A stretch of DNA of 64,000 nucleotides from positions 24,108-88,107 of the forward strand of contig JAICJD010000001.1 in NCBI GenBank assembly GCA_025928645.1, written 5' to 3'. Source of the stretch: Gemmatimonadales bacterium. Its GTDB lineage: Bacteria > Gemmatimonadota > Gemmatimonadetes > Gemmatimonadales > GWC2-71-9. Both the position numbers and the translations under genes were made by a program. Numbering within the stretch: the stretch's first letter is position 1; each line of letters opens with the position of its first letter. This document shows positions 45,716-55,705 of the stretch, in pieces. The notes under the pieces are model-generated. The model was given only the letters and a program-made list of their open reading frames with translations, did no database searches and was not told the origin of the DNA.

Positions 45716-47317
45716 TCAGTGCTGCATGAGGAGCAGCGTGTCGGCGGTCGCCGGTTCCTCGGCCACCGAGTCGCTCTCGCTGGCGCCCGCCGGCCACCAG
45801 CTCGGTGGTGGCGAGGTCTGGTCGCCGCCGAGCTGGACGGGCGGCGCCTCCGGCACCGTGTCGGTCGGGATGACCACGCCGTTCGCGCCGAGCTCACGGA
45901 ACAGCTTCCACTGCGCCTGGCGTGCCGCCCACGGCCGGCCGCCGTTGTACATGAGCGCGACGAGCAGCGTTCCCTCCGGCTGCCCCAGGTAGCCCACGAC
46001 CGTCGACACCCGCCCGAGCGTTCCGGTCTTGGCCCGCACCACCCCGACGCCGGGGAGCCCGCTGTTGAGCCGGTACAGAGTGCCGCTGCCGTTCGCAGGG
46101 AGCAGCATGGGGAAATTCCGGCCGGCGGCCGTGCCCGGGAACTTCGCCAGGTACGTCACGAAGGTTCTGGGCGTGACCCGGTCGTCGTAGGAGAGGCCGC
46201 TGCCGTCGACCAGGGTGACGCCCGCGTCCGCCCCGACGACGTTCCGGACGTGATCCGTGAGGAGCGCGGGCGCATGGTCGCGGCCGCCGGCCCACTGAAG
46301 CAGCAGCTCCGCGCCGAGGTTGAGGCTCCGCCGGTTGATCTCGCTCGCCAGCGAGTCGAGCGTGGGCGAGGAGACCTCCGCCAGGATCCGCGGGCCGCCG
46401 GCGGGCGGGGCGCCGACCGTTGCCGACTGCACCCAGGTGATGCCGGCGCGCTGGAGCGCCCCGGCCCACACGGCGCTCAGGACCGCGCGCGGATCGCGCG
46501 CGACCGCCGTCAGCCGGCGCGGCGCCGCGCGCACGCCGATCGTACCGGTCACGACCCAACCGCCGTCGGCGCGGGCCGTGAGCGCGAGGCGCGAGCGGCG
46601 GCCCGATCGGGTGCGGGCCGTGACGCTCACCATCTGGCGGATGCCGTCGGGCGCGGTCTCGATGACTCGCGGCCGCTGGCCGACGCGCGCGGCTGGCTGC
46701 ACCGTGACCCACACGACGTTCTCATGTACGGTGAGCGGGCCCACCAGCGGGGCGAAGATGCGACCCCGATGATGCACCGACCAGACGGTGGGGTAGACCG
46801 CGTTGGCCGGGCCGTCGGAGCTCTGGAGCTGCAGCGGGCCGGTGAGCTTGCGGATGCCGCCGCTGGCGAGCTGCAGCGCGAGATCGTACAGGGTGGGCCC
46901 CGAGCCCTCGGCCCGCTCGAGCGACGGATCGCCGTTCACCTCGAGCGCCCAGGTTCCGATCCACGCGCCGGTCGACGGATCCAGGCTGCCGACGCCCACG
47001 ATTCTGGTGGGCCGGCGGGCACCCCCGCCCAGCACGCTGCGGGCAAATCCCGTGGTAAAGAGCTTGACCGTCGAGGCGGGCATGAGCGGCAGGTCGGGGT
47101 TCACGCTCCAGAGCGCGCCACCCGACTGGTCGGCGATGACGACGCCCCAGTCGCCCGGCGCGCTGTGCTCTGCCCGGTGGTACCAGGCATCCATGCGGCC
47201 GGTCAGCCACGCGGCGTCGGTCTGCTGCGCCGCGAGCGGTGCGGCCGAAACCTGAAGCGCCGCGGCGGCCGCGAGCCGGATGACCCGATACTGGAGCGAT
47301 GAAAGACCCACTGGCAC
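45716..47317 (-). CDS. dacB: D-alanyl-D-alanine carboxypeptidase/endopeptidase (PBP4, S13 family)
   Basis: Signal-like N-terminus. SxxK (ASTVKLFT). KTG (AKTGTLG). DGSGLS. GTG start at 47315-47317. Confidence 0.8.
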   Translation of the reverse strand: MPVGLSSLQYRVIRLAAAAALQVSAAPLAAQQTDAAWLTGRMDAWYHRAEHSAPGDWGVVIADQSGGALWSVNPDLPLMPASTVKLFTTGFARSVLGGGARRPTRIVGVGSLDPSTGAWIGTWALEVNGDPSLERAEGSGPTLYDLALQLASGGIRKLTGPLQLQSSDGPANAVYPTVWSVHHRGRIFAPLVGPLTVHENVVWVTVQPAARVGQRPRVIETAPDGIRQMVSVTARTRSGRRSRLALTARADGGWVVTGTIGVRAAPRRLTAVARDPRAVLSAVWAGALQRAGITWVQSATVGAPPAGGPRILAEVSSPTLDSLASEINRRSLNLGAELLLQWAGGRDHAPALLTDHVRNVVGADAGVTLVDGSGLSYDDRVTPRTFVTYLAKFPGTAAGRNFPMLLPANGSGTLYRLNSGLPGVGVVRAKTGTLGRVSTVVGYLGQPEGTLLVALMYNGGRPWAARQAQWKLFRELGANGVVIPTDTVPEAPPVQLGGDQTSPPPSWWPAGASESDSVAEEPATADTLLLMQH

Positions 47318-47613
47318 TTCCCTGCGAAGAGATGTCTGCTGGCGTTCGGGCGCGGGAATGTATCGCCCGGGGCGGCCCGGCGTGTCAAGTCTCTAACGCT
47401 ATGCTCGGTACAATGTTACGCAGTATGCGCCGGCGGAGTTCCAGGGCGGGGCGGCAATCTCGGCCGGTCGGTGCGGATAAGTGCAAATCCCGGGCCCGGA
47501 TATGAATGCCGCGCGGGGGCGCGGACGGCCCGCTGCCGAGCGCAGGGAGCCGTCCCGTGGCTTGGATGCCGCGACAGGTCGAGCCAGGCGTCGCACCGGG
47601 TCGACGAGCTGGA

Positions 47614-48777
47614 CTACTTGAGCAGGCTCTTGGCGATGGTCTGGAGCTGCATGTTGCTGGTGCCCTCGTAGATGGTCCCGATCTTCGCATCGCGGTAGTA
47701 CTTCTCCGCCGGATACTCCTTCGAGTACCCGTAGCCGCCGAACAGCTCGAGGCAGCTCGACGTGGTCCGGTCGGCCACCTGCGAGCTGAACAGCTTCGCC
47801 ATGGCGGCCTGCTGCGCGAACGGCTGCCCCGCGTCCTTGAGCCGCGCGGCGTTGTAGACCATGAGCCGCGCGGCCTCGAGGTCCGTCGCCATCTGCGCGA
47901 GCTGGAACTGCACGCCCTGGAACTCCGCGATCGTCTTGCCGAACTGGCGGCGCTCCTTCACGTACGCGGTCGCGGCCTCGAGCGCCCCGGTCGCCAGGCC
48001 GATCATCTGCGCTCCGATCCCGATCCGTCCTTCGTTGAGGGTCTCGATCGCGATCTTGTATCCCTGGCCGATCGGCCCCAGCACGTTGGCCTCCGGCACC
48101 CGGCACTGCTCGAGGATGAGCTCGGTCGTGCTCGAGGCCCGGATGCCGAGCTTGTTCTCCTTCTTGCCGACCGAGAACCCCGGAAAGCCGCGCTCCACGA
48201 TGAAGCCGGTGATCCCCTTGTATCCCTTGGAAGGATCGGCGTTCGCGAACACGATGAAGACGCCGGCCTCGGCCCCGTTGGTGATCCAGAACTTGCGGCC
48301 GGTGAGCTCCCAGCCCTCGCCCGCGCGCACCGCTCGGGTGGCGAGCGCGAAGGCATCGCTGCCGCTGCCGGGCTCCGACAGCGCGAACGCGCCGAGCAGG
48401 CCGCTGGTGAGCTGGGGGAAGTAGCGGGCCTGTTGCTCGTCGTTGCCCCAGCGGAGAAAGCAGTTGTTCACCAGCGTGTTGTGGACATCCACGTAGATCG
48501 CGGCCGAGGCGTCCACCCTGGCGAGCTCCTCGATCGCGAGCACCGACATGAAGATGCCGCCGCCGGCGCCGCCGAACCGCTCGGGCACCTCGATGCCCAT
48601 GAGCCCGAGCTCGAAGAAGCGGGGAATCAGCTCCGGCCGGAACTGCGCCGCCTCGTCCATCGACTGGACGTGCGGCCGCACCTCGGTCTCCGCGAACTCG
48701 CGCACGGCGTCGCGGAACATCTGTTCTTCGTCGGACAGGGTGGTAAGAGCGGGCGCGGCACTGCGGAGGTCCTGCAT
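47614..48777 (-). CDS. Acyl-CoA dehydrogenase (short/branched-chain type)
   Basis: ALSEPGSGSDA, FWITNG, and GGYGYSKEYPAEKYYRDAKIGTIYEGTSNMQ. Confidence 0.9.
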   Translation of the reverse strand: MQDLRSAAPALTTLSDEEQMFRDAVREFAETEVRPHVQSMDEAAQFRPELIPRFFELGLMGIEVPERFGGAGGGIFMSVLAIEELARVDASAAIYVDVHNTLVNNCFLRWGNDEQQARYFPQLTSGLLGAFALSEPGSGSDAFALATRAVRAGEGWELTGRKFWITNGAEAGVFIVFANADPSKGYKGITGFIVERGFPGFSVGKKENKLGIRASSTTELILEQCRVPEANVLGPIGQGYKIAIETLNEGRIGIGAQMIGLATGALEAATAYVKERRQFGKTIAEFQGVQFQLAQMATDLEAARLMVYNAARLKDAGQPFAQQAAMAKLFSSQVADRTTSSCLELFGGYGYSKEYPAEKYYRDAKIGTIYEGTSNMQLQTIAKSLLK

Positions 48778-48812
48778 GCGACTGGCGCTCCGGCGAAGGT
48801 CGAGGGCGGTGG

Positions 48813-50693
48813 TCAGGTCGGGGGAGTATATCCCGGACTTCCGACCGGTTCAATCGGCGCGGCCTCGAGCACGTCGAGCGCCACCGGCACTCGGCCGAGC
48901 GGCGCCGCCACCTGCACGCCCTGGACCCGCTCGGCGACGGCGGCCAGCATCTCGCGCGAGATCCGCACGCCTTCGGCCAGCCCCTCCTCCTTGCCCCGCG
49001 CGCTCGCGGCCCGCATCCGCTCCACCACCGCGTTCGGCACGCTCACGCCCGGCACTTCGTTCGCGAGGAACTCCGCGTTCCGGAGCGAGACCAGCGGCCA
49101 GATGCCCGCCACGATGGGGATCCTGAAGCTCTCTACCCGCGAGAGGAACCGGTCGAGCTGCGCCAGGTCGAACACCGGCTGCGTGATGGCGTACTCGGCG
49201 CCCGCCTCGACCTTGTAGGCGAAGCGCTTGAGCTCGCGCTCGAGGTCCGGCGCCGCGGGGTTCACCCCGACGCCGATCACGAACCGCGTGGGCTGGCCCA
49301 GCGGATTGCCGCCGGGATCGAGCCCGTGATTGAGTCGGCTTACCAGATTGGTGAGTCCGATGCTGTCGATGTCGAAGACCGCCGTGGCGTCAGGATACGG
49401 GCCCATCTTGGGCGGATCGCCCGTGATGATGAGCAGGTTGCGGACACCGGCCGCGGCCGCGCCGAGCAGATCCGACAGCATGCCGAGCAGGTTGCGGTCG
49501 CGGCAGGCGTAGTGGACCACGGCTTCGAGCCCCACCTCGCGCTGGATCATGAGCGCGGAGAGGAGCGCGCCCATCCGGCTCTGTGCGCGGGGCCCGTCGG
49601 GCACGTTCACCGCGTCCACCCCCGCGGCCTTGAGCTGGCGGACCTGCTCGAACATCGGCGCCGGATCCACCCCCTTGGGCGGCACGATCTCCACCGTGGT
49701 GACGAACCGCCCCTCGGCGAGCTTGGCCCCGAAGCGGGAGCGCGCGGCCAGCGGCACCGACTGCAGGGCCACCGCCGGCGCCGGCGCGGGCAGCGTGCCG
49801 AGATCGAACGCGTGGCGGGGCGAGACGCTCTGCACGAAGCCCACGATGGCGCGGATGTGCTCCGGCGTCGTACCGCAGCACCCGCCGACGAATCGTGCGC
49901 CTGCCTCCACCATGCGCCGGGCGTAGCTCGCCATGTACTCGGGCGAGGCCATGTACATCTTGCGGTCGCCCACCTCGCGCGGCAGGCCGGCGTTGGGCTG
50001 CGCCGCGATCGGCACCGTCACCACGCGCGCGAGCTTCTCGACCGCCTCGAGCACGCCGTGCGGGCCAACCGAGCAGTTGACCCCGATCACGTCCACGTCC
50101 ATGGCCTGGAGCTCGGGGCCGAACACCACCGGGTCGGTGCCGTAGTGGGTCTTTCCGTCGGTGCCCACCGTCATCTGGGCGATGAGCGGCAGGTCGGACA
50201 CCGACCGCACCGCCTGCACCGCGGCGCCCAGCTCCGCGACGTCGCTGAAGGTCTCGAGGATGAAGCCGTCGACGCCGCCCGCGAGCAGCCCGCGCGCCTG
50301 GCGCTCGTACATGGCGCGGGCTTCCTCGAGCGACAGCTCGCCGAACGGCTCGACCCTGACGCCCAGCGGTCCCATCGCGCCGAGCACCGCCGCGCGGGAT
50401 CCGGCGGCGTCGCGGGCGAGCCCCGCCGCCTCGGTGTTGATCCGCTCGGTCTCCGCCGCCAATCCATGGGTCGCGAGCTTCAGCGGGTTGGCGCCGAAGG
50501 TGTTGGTCTCGAGCAGCTCGGCCCCGGCCCGCAGGTACTCGCGGTGGATGTCACGCACGAGGTCGGGCTGGCGCAGGTTGAGCTCGTCGTAGCACACGTT
50601 GAGGAACACGCCGCGCCCGTACAGCATGGTGCCCATGGCCCCGTCCACCACGTGGACGCGGCCGTCGGCCAGGAGGTCGCGCAGCGTCGGCAC
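48813..50693 (-). CDS. Bifunctional homocysteine S-methyltransferase / 5,10-methylenetetrahydrofolate reductase (YitJ-like)
   Basis: N-terminal Hcy-binding domain ([33 protein letters not shown]). C-terminal MTHFR-like domain (FVTTVEIVPPKG…ITGDPPK…). It starts 1 nt after the metH stop. Confidence 0.85.
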   Translation of the reverse strand: MPTLRDLLADGRVHVVDGAMGTMLYGRGVFLNVCYDELNLRQPDLVRDIHREYLRAGAELLETNTFGANPLKLATHGLAAETERINTEAAGLARDAAGSRAAVLGAMGPLGVRVEPFGELSLEEARAMYERQARGLLAGGVDGFILETFSDVAELGAAVQAVRSVSDLPLIAQMTVGTDGKTHYGTDPVVFGPELQAMDVDVIGVNCSVGPHGVLEAVEKLARVVTVPIAAQPNAGLPREVGDRKMYMASPEYMASYARRMVEAGARFVGGCCGTTPEHIRAIVGFVQSVSPRHAFDLGTLPAPAPAVALQSVPLAARSRFGAKLAEGRFVTTVEIVPPKGVDPAPMFEQVRQLKAAGVDAVNVPDGPRAQSRMGALLSALMIQREVGLEAVVHYACRDRNLLGMLSDLLGAAAAGVRNLLIITGDPPKMGPYPDATAVFDIDSIGLTNLVSRLNHGLDPGGNPLGQPTRFVIGVGVNPAAPDLERELKRFAYKVEAGAEYAITQPVFDLAQLDRFLSRVESFRIPIVAGIWPLVSLRNAEFLANEVPGVSVPNAVVERMRAASARGKEEGLAEGVRISREMLAAVAERVQGVQVAAPLGRVPVALDVLEAAPIEPVGSPGYTPPT

Positions 50694-50694
50694 G

Positions 50695-53600
50695 CTAGCG
50701 CTCGTAGTTGAGGTTGGGGGCCAGCCAGCGCTCCACGGTCGCCACCGGCAGCTCCTTGCGGCGGGCGTAGTCCTCGACCTGGTCCCGCCCGATCTTGCCC
50801 ACCCCGAAGTACAGGGCCTCCGGCCGCCAGAAGTAGAACCCGCTGACCGAGGCCGCGGGCAGCATCGCGAAGCTCTCGGTCAGCGTGATGCCCGCGTTCG
50901 ACTCCGCCCGGAGCAGGTCGAACAGGATCCGCTTTTCCGTGTGGTCGGGACACGCCGGATAGCCGGGGGCGGGCCGGATGCCCTGGTACTTCTCGCGGAT
51001 GAGATCGGCATTCTCGAGCGACTCGTCGGGCGCGTAGCCCCAGTACTCCCGGCGTACCCGCTCGTGCAACCGCTCGGCGAACGCCTCCGCCAGGCGGTCG
51101 GCCAGGGCCTTCGCCAGGATGGCGCCGTAGTCGTCGTGCGCGGCCTCGAACCCGGCGGCCAGCTCCGCCGCGCCGACCCCGGCCGTCACGGCGAAGGCGC
51201 CGATGTAGTCAGCGATGCCGGTCTCGCGCGGCGCCACGAAGTCGGCCAGCGCCAGATTCGGCCGGCCCGGCGGTTTCGGCATCTGCTGCCGGAGCGTGTG
51301 CACCACCGCCAGCCGCTCCTCGCGGTCGTCGTCGGCGTAGAGCTCGATGTCGTCGCCCACCGCGTTGGCGCGGAACACCCCGAACACCGCGCGCGCCCGG
51401 AGCAGCCGCTCACGGACGATGCGGTCGAGCAGCGCCTGGGCGTCCCGGTAGAGGCTCGTGGCGGCGGCGCCGACGGTGGGGTCGTCGAGGATCGCGGGGT
51501 AATGGCCCGGCAGCTCCCAGGTCTGGAAAAAAGGGGTCCAGTCGATGCGGGGGACCAGATCGTCGAGCGGATAGTCGTCGAGCACCGTGAGTCCGGTCGA
51601 GCAGGGAGCCGGCGGCGGCGTCCGCGCCCACTCGATGGCCAGGCGGTGGCGCCGCGCGTCCGCGATCGATTGGCGCCGCTCATCGGGCCGCCGCCGGCTC
51701 CGCTCATCGCGCATGTCCCGGTACTCGCGGCGCACGCCCGACACGAAATCGTCGCGCAGGGTATCGCTCAACAGCGTCCCCGCGACGCCGACCGCCCGCG
51801 AGGCGTCGAGCACGTGCACCGTCGGTCCGTGGTAGTTGGGCTCGATCTTGACCGCCGTGTGCACCCGGCTCGTCGTCGCGCCGCCGATGAGGAGCGGAAT
51901 GGTGAAGCCTTCGCGCTCCATCTCGCTGGCGACGAACGCCATCTCCTCGAGCGACGGTGTGATGAGCCCGCTCAGGCCGACGATGTCCACGCCCTCGCGG
52001 CGCGCCGTCTCGAGAATCTTGGCCGAAGGCACCATCACGCCCAGGTCGATCACCTCGTAGTTGTTGCACTGCAGCACGACGCCCACGATGTTCTTCCCGA
52101 TGTCGTGCACGTCGCCCTTCACGGTCGCGAGCAGCACCCGCCCGTTGGTCTGGGCCGCGGCCCCCGCCTCCCGCGACGCCTCGATGTAGGGCACCAGGTG
52201 CGCCACGGCCTTCTTCATCACCCGGGCGCTCTTCACGACCTGCGGCAGGAACATCTTGCCGGCGCCGAACAGGTCACCTACGACGTTCATGCCCGCCATG
52301 AGCGGGCCCTCGATCACCTGGATCGGCCGGTCGAACTGCTGCCGGGCCTCCTCGGTGTCCTCGATGATGAAGTCGGCGATGCCCTCGACCAGCGCGTGGG
52401 TCAGCCGCTCCTGGACCGGCGCGTCGCGCCAGGCCAGGTCGGCCGCCTGGGCGCCGAGCTGCCCCTTCACCTGGTCGGCCGCGGCGAGCAGGCGGTCGGT
52501 GGCGTCCGGCCGCCGGTTAAGCACCATGTCTTCGACCAGCTCGAGCAGGTCGGCCGGGATGTCGGCGTAGATCGGAAGCTGGCCCGCGTTCACGATGCCC
52601 ATATCCATCCCCGCCTCGATGGCGTGGTACAGGAACACGGCATGGATCGCCTCGCGCACCGGGTCGTTGCCGCGGAACGAGAACGACACGTTGCTCACGC
52701 CGCCGCTCACCGACACGTGCGGCAGCGCGGCCTTGATCCGCCGCGTGGCCTCGATGTAGGCCACCGCGTAGTCGTTGTGCTCCTCGATCCCGGTCCCGAT
52801 CGCGAAGACGTTCGGATCGAAGATGATGTCCTCGGGCCGGAGCCCGACGCGCTCGGTGAGGATGCGGTAGCAGCGCTTGCAGATGGCCAGCTTGCGTTCC
52901 GCCGTATCGGCCTGACCCTGTTCGTCGAAGGCCATCACGATCACCGCGGCGCCGTACCGCCGCACCAGCGTGGCCTGGCGGACGAACTCCTCCTCGCCCT
53001 CCTTGAGGCTGATGGAGTTGACGATGCCCCTGCCCTGAATGCACTTGAGCCCGGACTCGATGACCGACCACTTGGACGAGTCGAGCACGACCGGCACCCG
53101 GCTGATATCGGGCTCCGCGGCGGCGAGCTGGAGGAACTTCACCATGGCCGCGGCCGAGTCGAGCATCGCCTCGTCCATGTTGACGTCGATCATCTGCGCG
53201 CCATTCTCCACCTGCTGGCGCGCGATCTCGAGCCCCGCCTCGTAGTTCCCCGACAGGATGAGCCGCGCGAACTTGCGCGACCCGGTGACGTTGGTCCGCT
53301 CGCCCACGTTGGCGAAGATGCTGTCCGGTCCGATCGTGAGCGGCTCGAGGCCGCTCAGCCGGAGCTTGGGTTCGAGCTCCGGCCGCTGGCGCGGTGGAAG
53401 CCCTCGGACCGCTTCGGCGATCGCCCGGATGTGGTCCGGCGTGGTGCCGCAGCAGCCGCCCACGAAATTGAGCAGTCCGTGCTCGGCGAACTCGCGGAGC
53501 ACGGTGGCCATGTGCTCGGGCGTGTCGTCGTACTGCCCGAATTCGTTCGGCAGGCCCGCGTTGGGGTGCGCGCTCACGAACACCGGCGCCACCCGGGCGA

Positions 53601-54432
53601 GCTCCTGCACGTACTGCCGGAGCTGCACCGCGCCCAGCGCGCAGTTGAGCCCCACGCTCAGCGGCCGCGCATGCGACACCGAGTTCCAGAATGCCTCGGT
53701 CATCTGGCCCGAGAGCGTGCGCCCGCTCGCGTCCACGATGGTCCCCGAGATCATGACCGGCACCCGGAACCCGATCTGGTCGAACACCGCCTCGATCGCG
53801 AAGATGGCGGCCTTCGCGTTGAGGGTATCGAAGATCGTCTCGACCAGCAGCAGGTCGGCCCCGCCGTCGATCAGCCCGCGGGCGCCGTCCGCGTAGGTGG
53901 CGACAAGCTGGTCGAACGTGACGTTCCGGAACCCGGGATCGTTCACGTCCGGCGAGAGTGAGGCGCTCCGGTTGGTGGGCCCCAGGACACCGGCCACGAA
54001 CCGCGGCGCGTCGGGGGTGCGCTGCTCCCAGGCATCGGCGGCGTCCCGCGCGAGGCGCGCGGCGGCGCGGTTGAGCTCGTAGACCAGCTCCTCCATGCCG
54101 TAGTCCGCCAGCGACATGGCGTTGGAGGTGAACGAGTTGGTCTCGATGATGTCGGCCCCGGCCTCCAGGTAGGCCATGTGGATGGCCCGGATGATGTCGG
54201 GCTGGGTCAGGGTCAGCAGATCGTTGTGGCCTCGGAGGTCCCGGGGCCAGTCGGCGAAACGTTCGCCCCGGTAGTCGGGCTCCGCCAGCCGGTACGACTG
54301 GATCATCGTGCCCATGGCTCCGTCGAGCACGAGGATCCGCCGGGCCAAGAGCGGCTCGAGCAGGGTCAGCCGTGCGTCGCGGGATAGCACGGTGGCGGAA
54401 GAGGCGGGGGGTAAGGACTGATCAACGGGCAC
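50695..54432 (-). CDS. metH: Cobalamin-dependent methionine synthase
   Basis: Hcy domain ([24 protein letters not shown]), pterin-binding domain, B12-binding [10 protein letters not shown]…SGLITPS, and a C-terminal AdoMet activation domain. Start set to the GTG at 54430-54432, with GGAG 5 nt upstream. The track's TTG start at 54468 lies inside a terminator stem. Confidence 0.9.
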   Translation of the reverse strand: MPVDQSLPPASSATVLSRDARLTLLEPLLARRILVLDGAMGTMIQSYRLAEPDYRGERFADWPRDLRGHNDLLTLTQPDIIRAIHMAYLEAGADIIETNSFTSNAMSLADYGMEELVYELNRAAARLARDAADAWEQRTPDAPRFVAGVLGPTNRSASLSPDVNDPGFRNVTFDQLVATYADGARGLIDGGADLLLVETIFDTLNAKAAIFAIEAVFDQIGFRVPVMISGTIVDASGRTLSGQMTEAFWNSVSHARPLSVGLNCALGAVQLRQYVQELARVAPVFVSAHPNAGLPNEFGQYDDTPEHMATVLREFAEHGLLNFVGGCCGTTPDHIRAIAEAVRGLPPRQRPELEPKLRLSGLEPLTIGPDSIFANVGERTNVTGSRKFARLILSGNYEAGLEIARQQVENGAQMIDVNMDEAMLDSAAAMVKFLQLAAAEPDISRVPVVLDSSKWSVIESGLKCIQGRGIVNSISLKEGEEEFVRQATLVRRYGAAVIVMAFDEQGQADTAERKLAICKRCYRILTERVGLRPEDIIFDPNVFAIGTGIEEHNDYAVAYIEATRRIKAALPHVSVSGGVSNVSFSFRGNDPVREAIHAVFLYHAIEAGMDMGIVNAGQLPIYADIPADLLELVEDMVLNRRPDATDRLLAAADQVKGQLGAQAADLAWRDAPVQERLTHALVEGIADFIIEDTEEARQQFDRPIQVIEGPLMAGMNVVGDLFGAGKMFLPQVVKSARVMKKAVAHLVPYIEASREAGAAAQTNGRVLLATVKGDVHDIGKNIVGVVLQCNNYEVIDLGVMVPSAKILETARREGVDIVGLSGLITPSLEEMAFVASEMEREGFTIPLLIGGATTSRVHTAVKIEPNYHGPTVHVLDASRAVGVAGTLLSDTLRDDFVSGVRREYRDMRDERSRRRPDERRQSIADARRHRLAIEWARTPPPAPCSTGLTVLDDYPLDDLVPRIDWTPFFQTWELPGHYPAILDDPTVGAAATSLYRDAQALLDRIVRERLLRARAVFGVFRANAVGDDIELYADDDREERLAVVHTLRQQMPKPPGRPNLALADFVAPRETGIADYIGAFAVTAGVGAAELAAGFEAAHDDYGAILAKALADRLAEAFAERLHERVRREYWGYAPDESLENADLIREKYQGIRPAPGYPACPDHTEKRILFDLLRAESNAGITLTESFAMLPAASVSGFYFWRPEALYFGVGKIGRDQVEDYARRKELPVATVERWLAPNLNYER

Positions 54433-54448
54433 GGCTGCTCCGGGGATG

Positions 54449-54481
54449 AAAAAACCCCTGAAGGCCAAAACGCCTCAGGGG
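54449..54481 (-). terminator. Intrinsic terminator / attenuator 17 nt upstream of the metH start codon
   Basis: Minus strand CCCCTGAGGCGTTTTGGCCTTCAGGGGTTTTTT: a 9-bp stem (with one G-U pair) followed by U6. It is followed by the SD sequence and the GTG. Confidence 0.7.
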
Positions 54482-54669
54482 ATGCGTTTTAGCGGTTGTT
54501 TAACGTGGCCGCAAGCAGCGCAAATCGCCACGACTGAGTTGTCCGACCCAAGTAACCTATCAGCCGGCCTCCCGCGGGCCAAGGCCTGGGCCGAGGAGAG
54601 GCGGACGCCTCCGGGCATCGGAATCACGAATGACCCGCCCCCCGTGCTCCCTCCGATGCCTGGAGCCGC
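54482..54669 (-). promoter_or_regulatory. Structured 5' leader of the metH operon (candidate riboswitch aptamer or attenuator; class unassigned)
   Basis: It contains hairpin GGCATCGGA…TCCGATGCC (54660-54652 with 54622-54614). It also contains hairpin CGTGGC-GATTTGCGCTGCTTGCG-GCCACG, whose loop (GATTTGCG) can pair with the 3' tail (CGCTAAAAC). The AAAACGC segment (54490-54484) can alternatively pair with GCGTTTT (54473-54467) in the terminator loop. Confidence 0.35.
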
Positions 54670-55248
54670 TCAGATGTGCGACAGCACGAAGCCGCGGACT
54701 ACGCTCAGCAGCAGCCAGGCGACCAGCGGGCTGAAGTCGATCATGCCGAGCGGCGGGAGAATCCGGCGGATCGGATCGATGATCCAGTCGGTCAGGATCA
54801 TGACCGGCCGCATCCACGGCCGATACGGGGAGATGCCGAACCAGGAGGAGATCACTCGCACGAACAACGCGATGATGAGCAGGGTGAACAGCCCGTTGAC
54901 CAGCGAGTAGGCCCAGGCGCGCGGTCCCGACCGCGCCATGATCCCGACCGTGATGGCAAACCCCGCCAGCCACTGCACCAGGCTCACGAGCAGCAGGCCG
55001 CCCACGATCGCGATGCCGACCAGCCACAGCGGCGCGTCCTGCGGGTTCCCTCCCGAACGGAGGATGCGCCGCTCGAGCGGCCGGAGCACCGGGTCGCTCG
55101 CCTGCCGCACGAGGCGCGGCCAGCGGCCGAAGGGGCTGATCCGCCGGCTCCGCACCGCCCAGTGGGTGAGCGCCACGATCGTGGTGTACACCAGCGCCAC
55201 GACGACCACGACGCGGGAGGCGAGAATGAGGTATGGAAAGACCATCAT
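54670..55248 (-). CDS. YggT family membrane protein
   Basis: FVRVISSWF…ILTDWIIDPIRRILPPLGMIDFSPLVAWLLL is the YggT signature region. Four to five TM segments. Confidence 0.8.
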   Translation of the reverse strand: MMVFPYLILASRVVVVVALVYTTIVALTHWAVRSRRISPFGRWPRLVRQASDPVLRPLERRILRSGGNPQDAPLWLVGIAIVGGLLLVSLVQWLAGFAITVGIMARSGPRAWAYSLVNGLFTLLIIALFVRVISSWFGISPYRPWMRPVMILTDWIIDPIRRILPPLGMIDFSPLVAWLLLSVVRGFVLSHI

Positions 55249-55258
55249 GGGCGGGTAC

Positions 55259-55705
55259 TCAGCGGTCGGCGCCTACCTGCATCGGCCGCTGCGAGCCGGA
55301 GACGCTGGTGCACATGACGGTGAAGCGGCCGCCGTTCAGGGTGGCTTCCTCGAGGATCTGGCTATCGCCGCGGCAGGAGGTGATCTCCCGGCTGGCGGCC
55401 CGGCGGAAGGTGACGGTGATGACGGGCTCGCGCGCGAGGTTCACCAGGCTGCGCGCCGTCGTGGGGGTCAGGCTGTCGATCCCCATCTGCCGGAACGAAG
55501 CCGCCGGCCGGCCCTGGTGCGACCCGCGGTAGTCGATGGCGCGGTCGACCAGCTCGAACACTTCCTGGCCCAGCAGCTCTGCATCGCGCCGGTCCGGCGG
55601 CAGGTCCGCCGCCGGCTCCGACCGGCGCGAGCGGCTCGACTCCTTGGCGGCGCACGCCGCGAGGAGCATCAGGGCGAGCAGGCGTCCCGCCGCGGCGCGG
55701 CGCAT
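55259..55705 (-). CDS. Hypothetical lipoprotein
   Basis: Signal peptide with a lipobox-like LLAAC (MRRAAAGRLLALMLLAACAAKE). I recognise no domain. Confidence 0.5.
   Translation of the reverse strand: MRRAAAGRLLALMLLAACAAKESSRSRRSEPAADLPPDRRDAELLGQEVFELVDRAIDYRGSHQGRPAASFRQMGIDSLTPTTARSLVNLAREPVITVTFRRAASREITSCRGDSQILEEATLNGGRFTVMCTSVSGSQRPMQVGADR

Noticed and set aside
47357-47389. A perfect TTGACA hexamer (minus strand, 47384-47389) upstream of the PBP4 gene, considered as a sigma-70 promoter.
   Set aside because: The only -10-like hexamers (GATACA, TACATT) sit 19 and 21 nt away, outside the 16-18 nt window, so the pair is not convincing.
50599-53961. 1120-aa ORF on the plus strand, the longest non-called ORF in the track.
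   Set aside because: It is exactly antisense to metH, which has unambiguous domain motifs. Its translation is Arg/Pro/Gly/Asp/His-rich with no recognisable motif. This is the typical stop-poor shadow frame of a very GC-rich gene.
54433-54468. The track's start codon (TTG at 54466-54468) for the metH ORF, giving [13 protein letters not shown]….
   Set aside because: The TTG and the next 6 codons lie inside the stem and U-tract of the terminator hairpin. The GTG at 54430-54432 has a GGAG 5 nt upstream and gives an N-terminus of normal length before [11 protein letters not shown].
54433-54669. Assigning the metH leader to a known riboswitch class (cobalamin, SAM-I, SAM-IV, SAH, ZTP).
   Set aside because: I could not find any of the defining conserved cores. 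Missing were the B12 box, the SAM-I GGAGGGA…GGCCC…GCAACC / AGATGAG pairing context, the SAH AGGAGCGCUGC…AACGGCGCUC, and the ZTP CCGCCTGGGC. A lone GGAGGGA occurs but in the wrong context. The class is left open.
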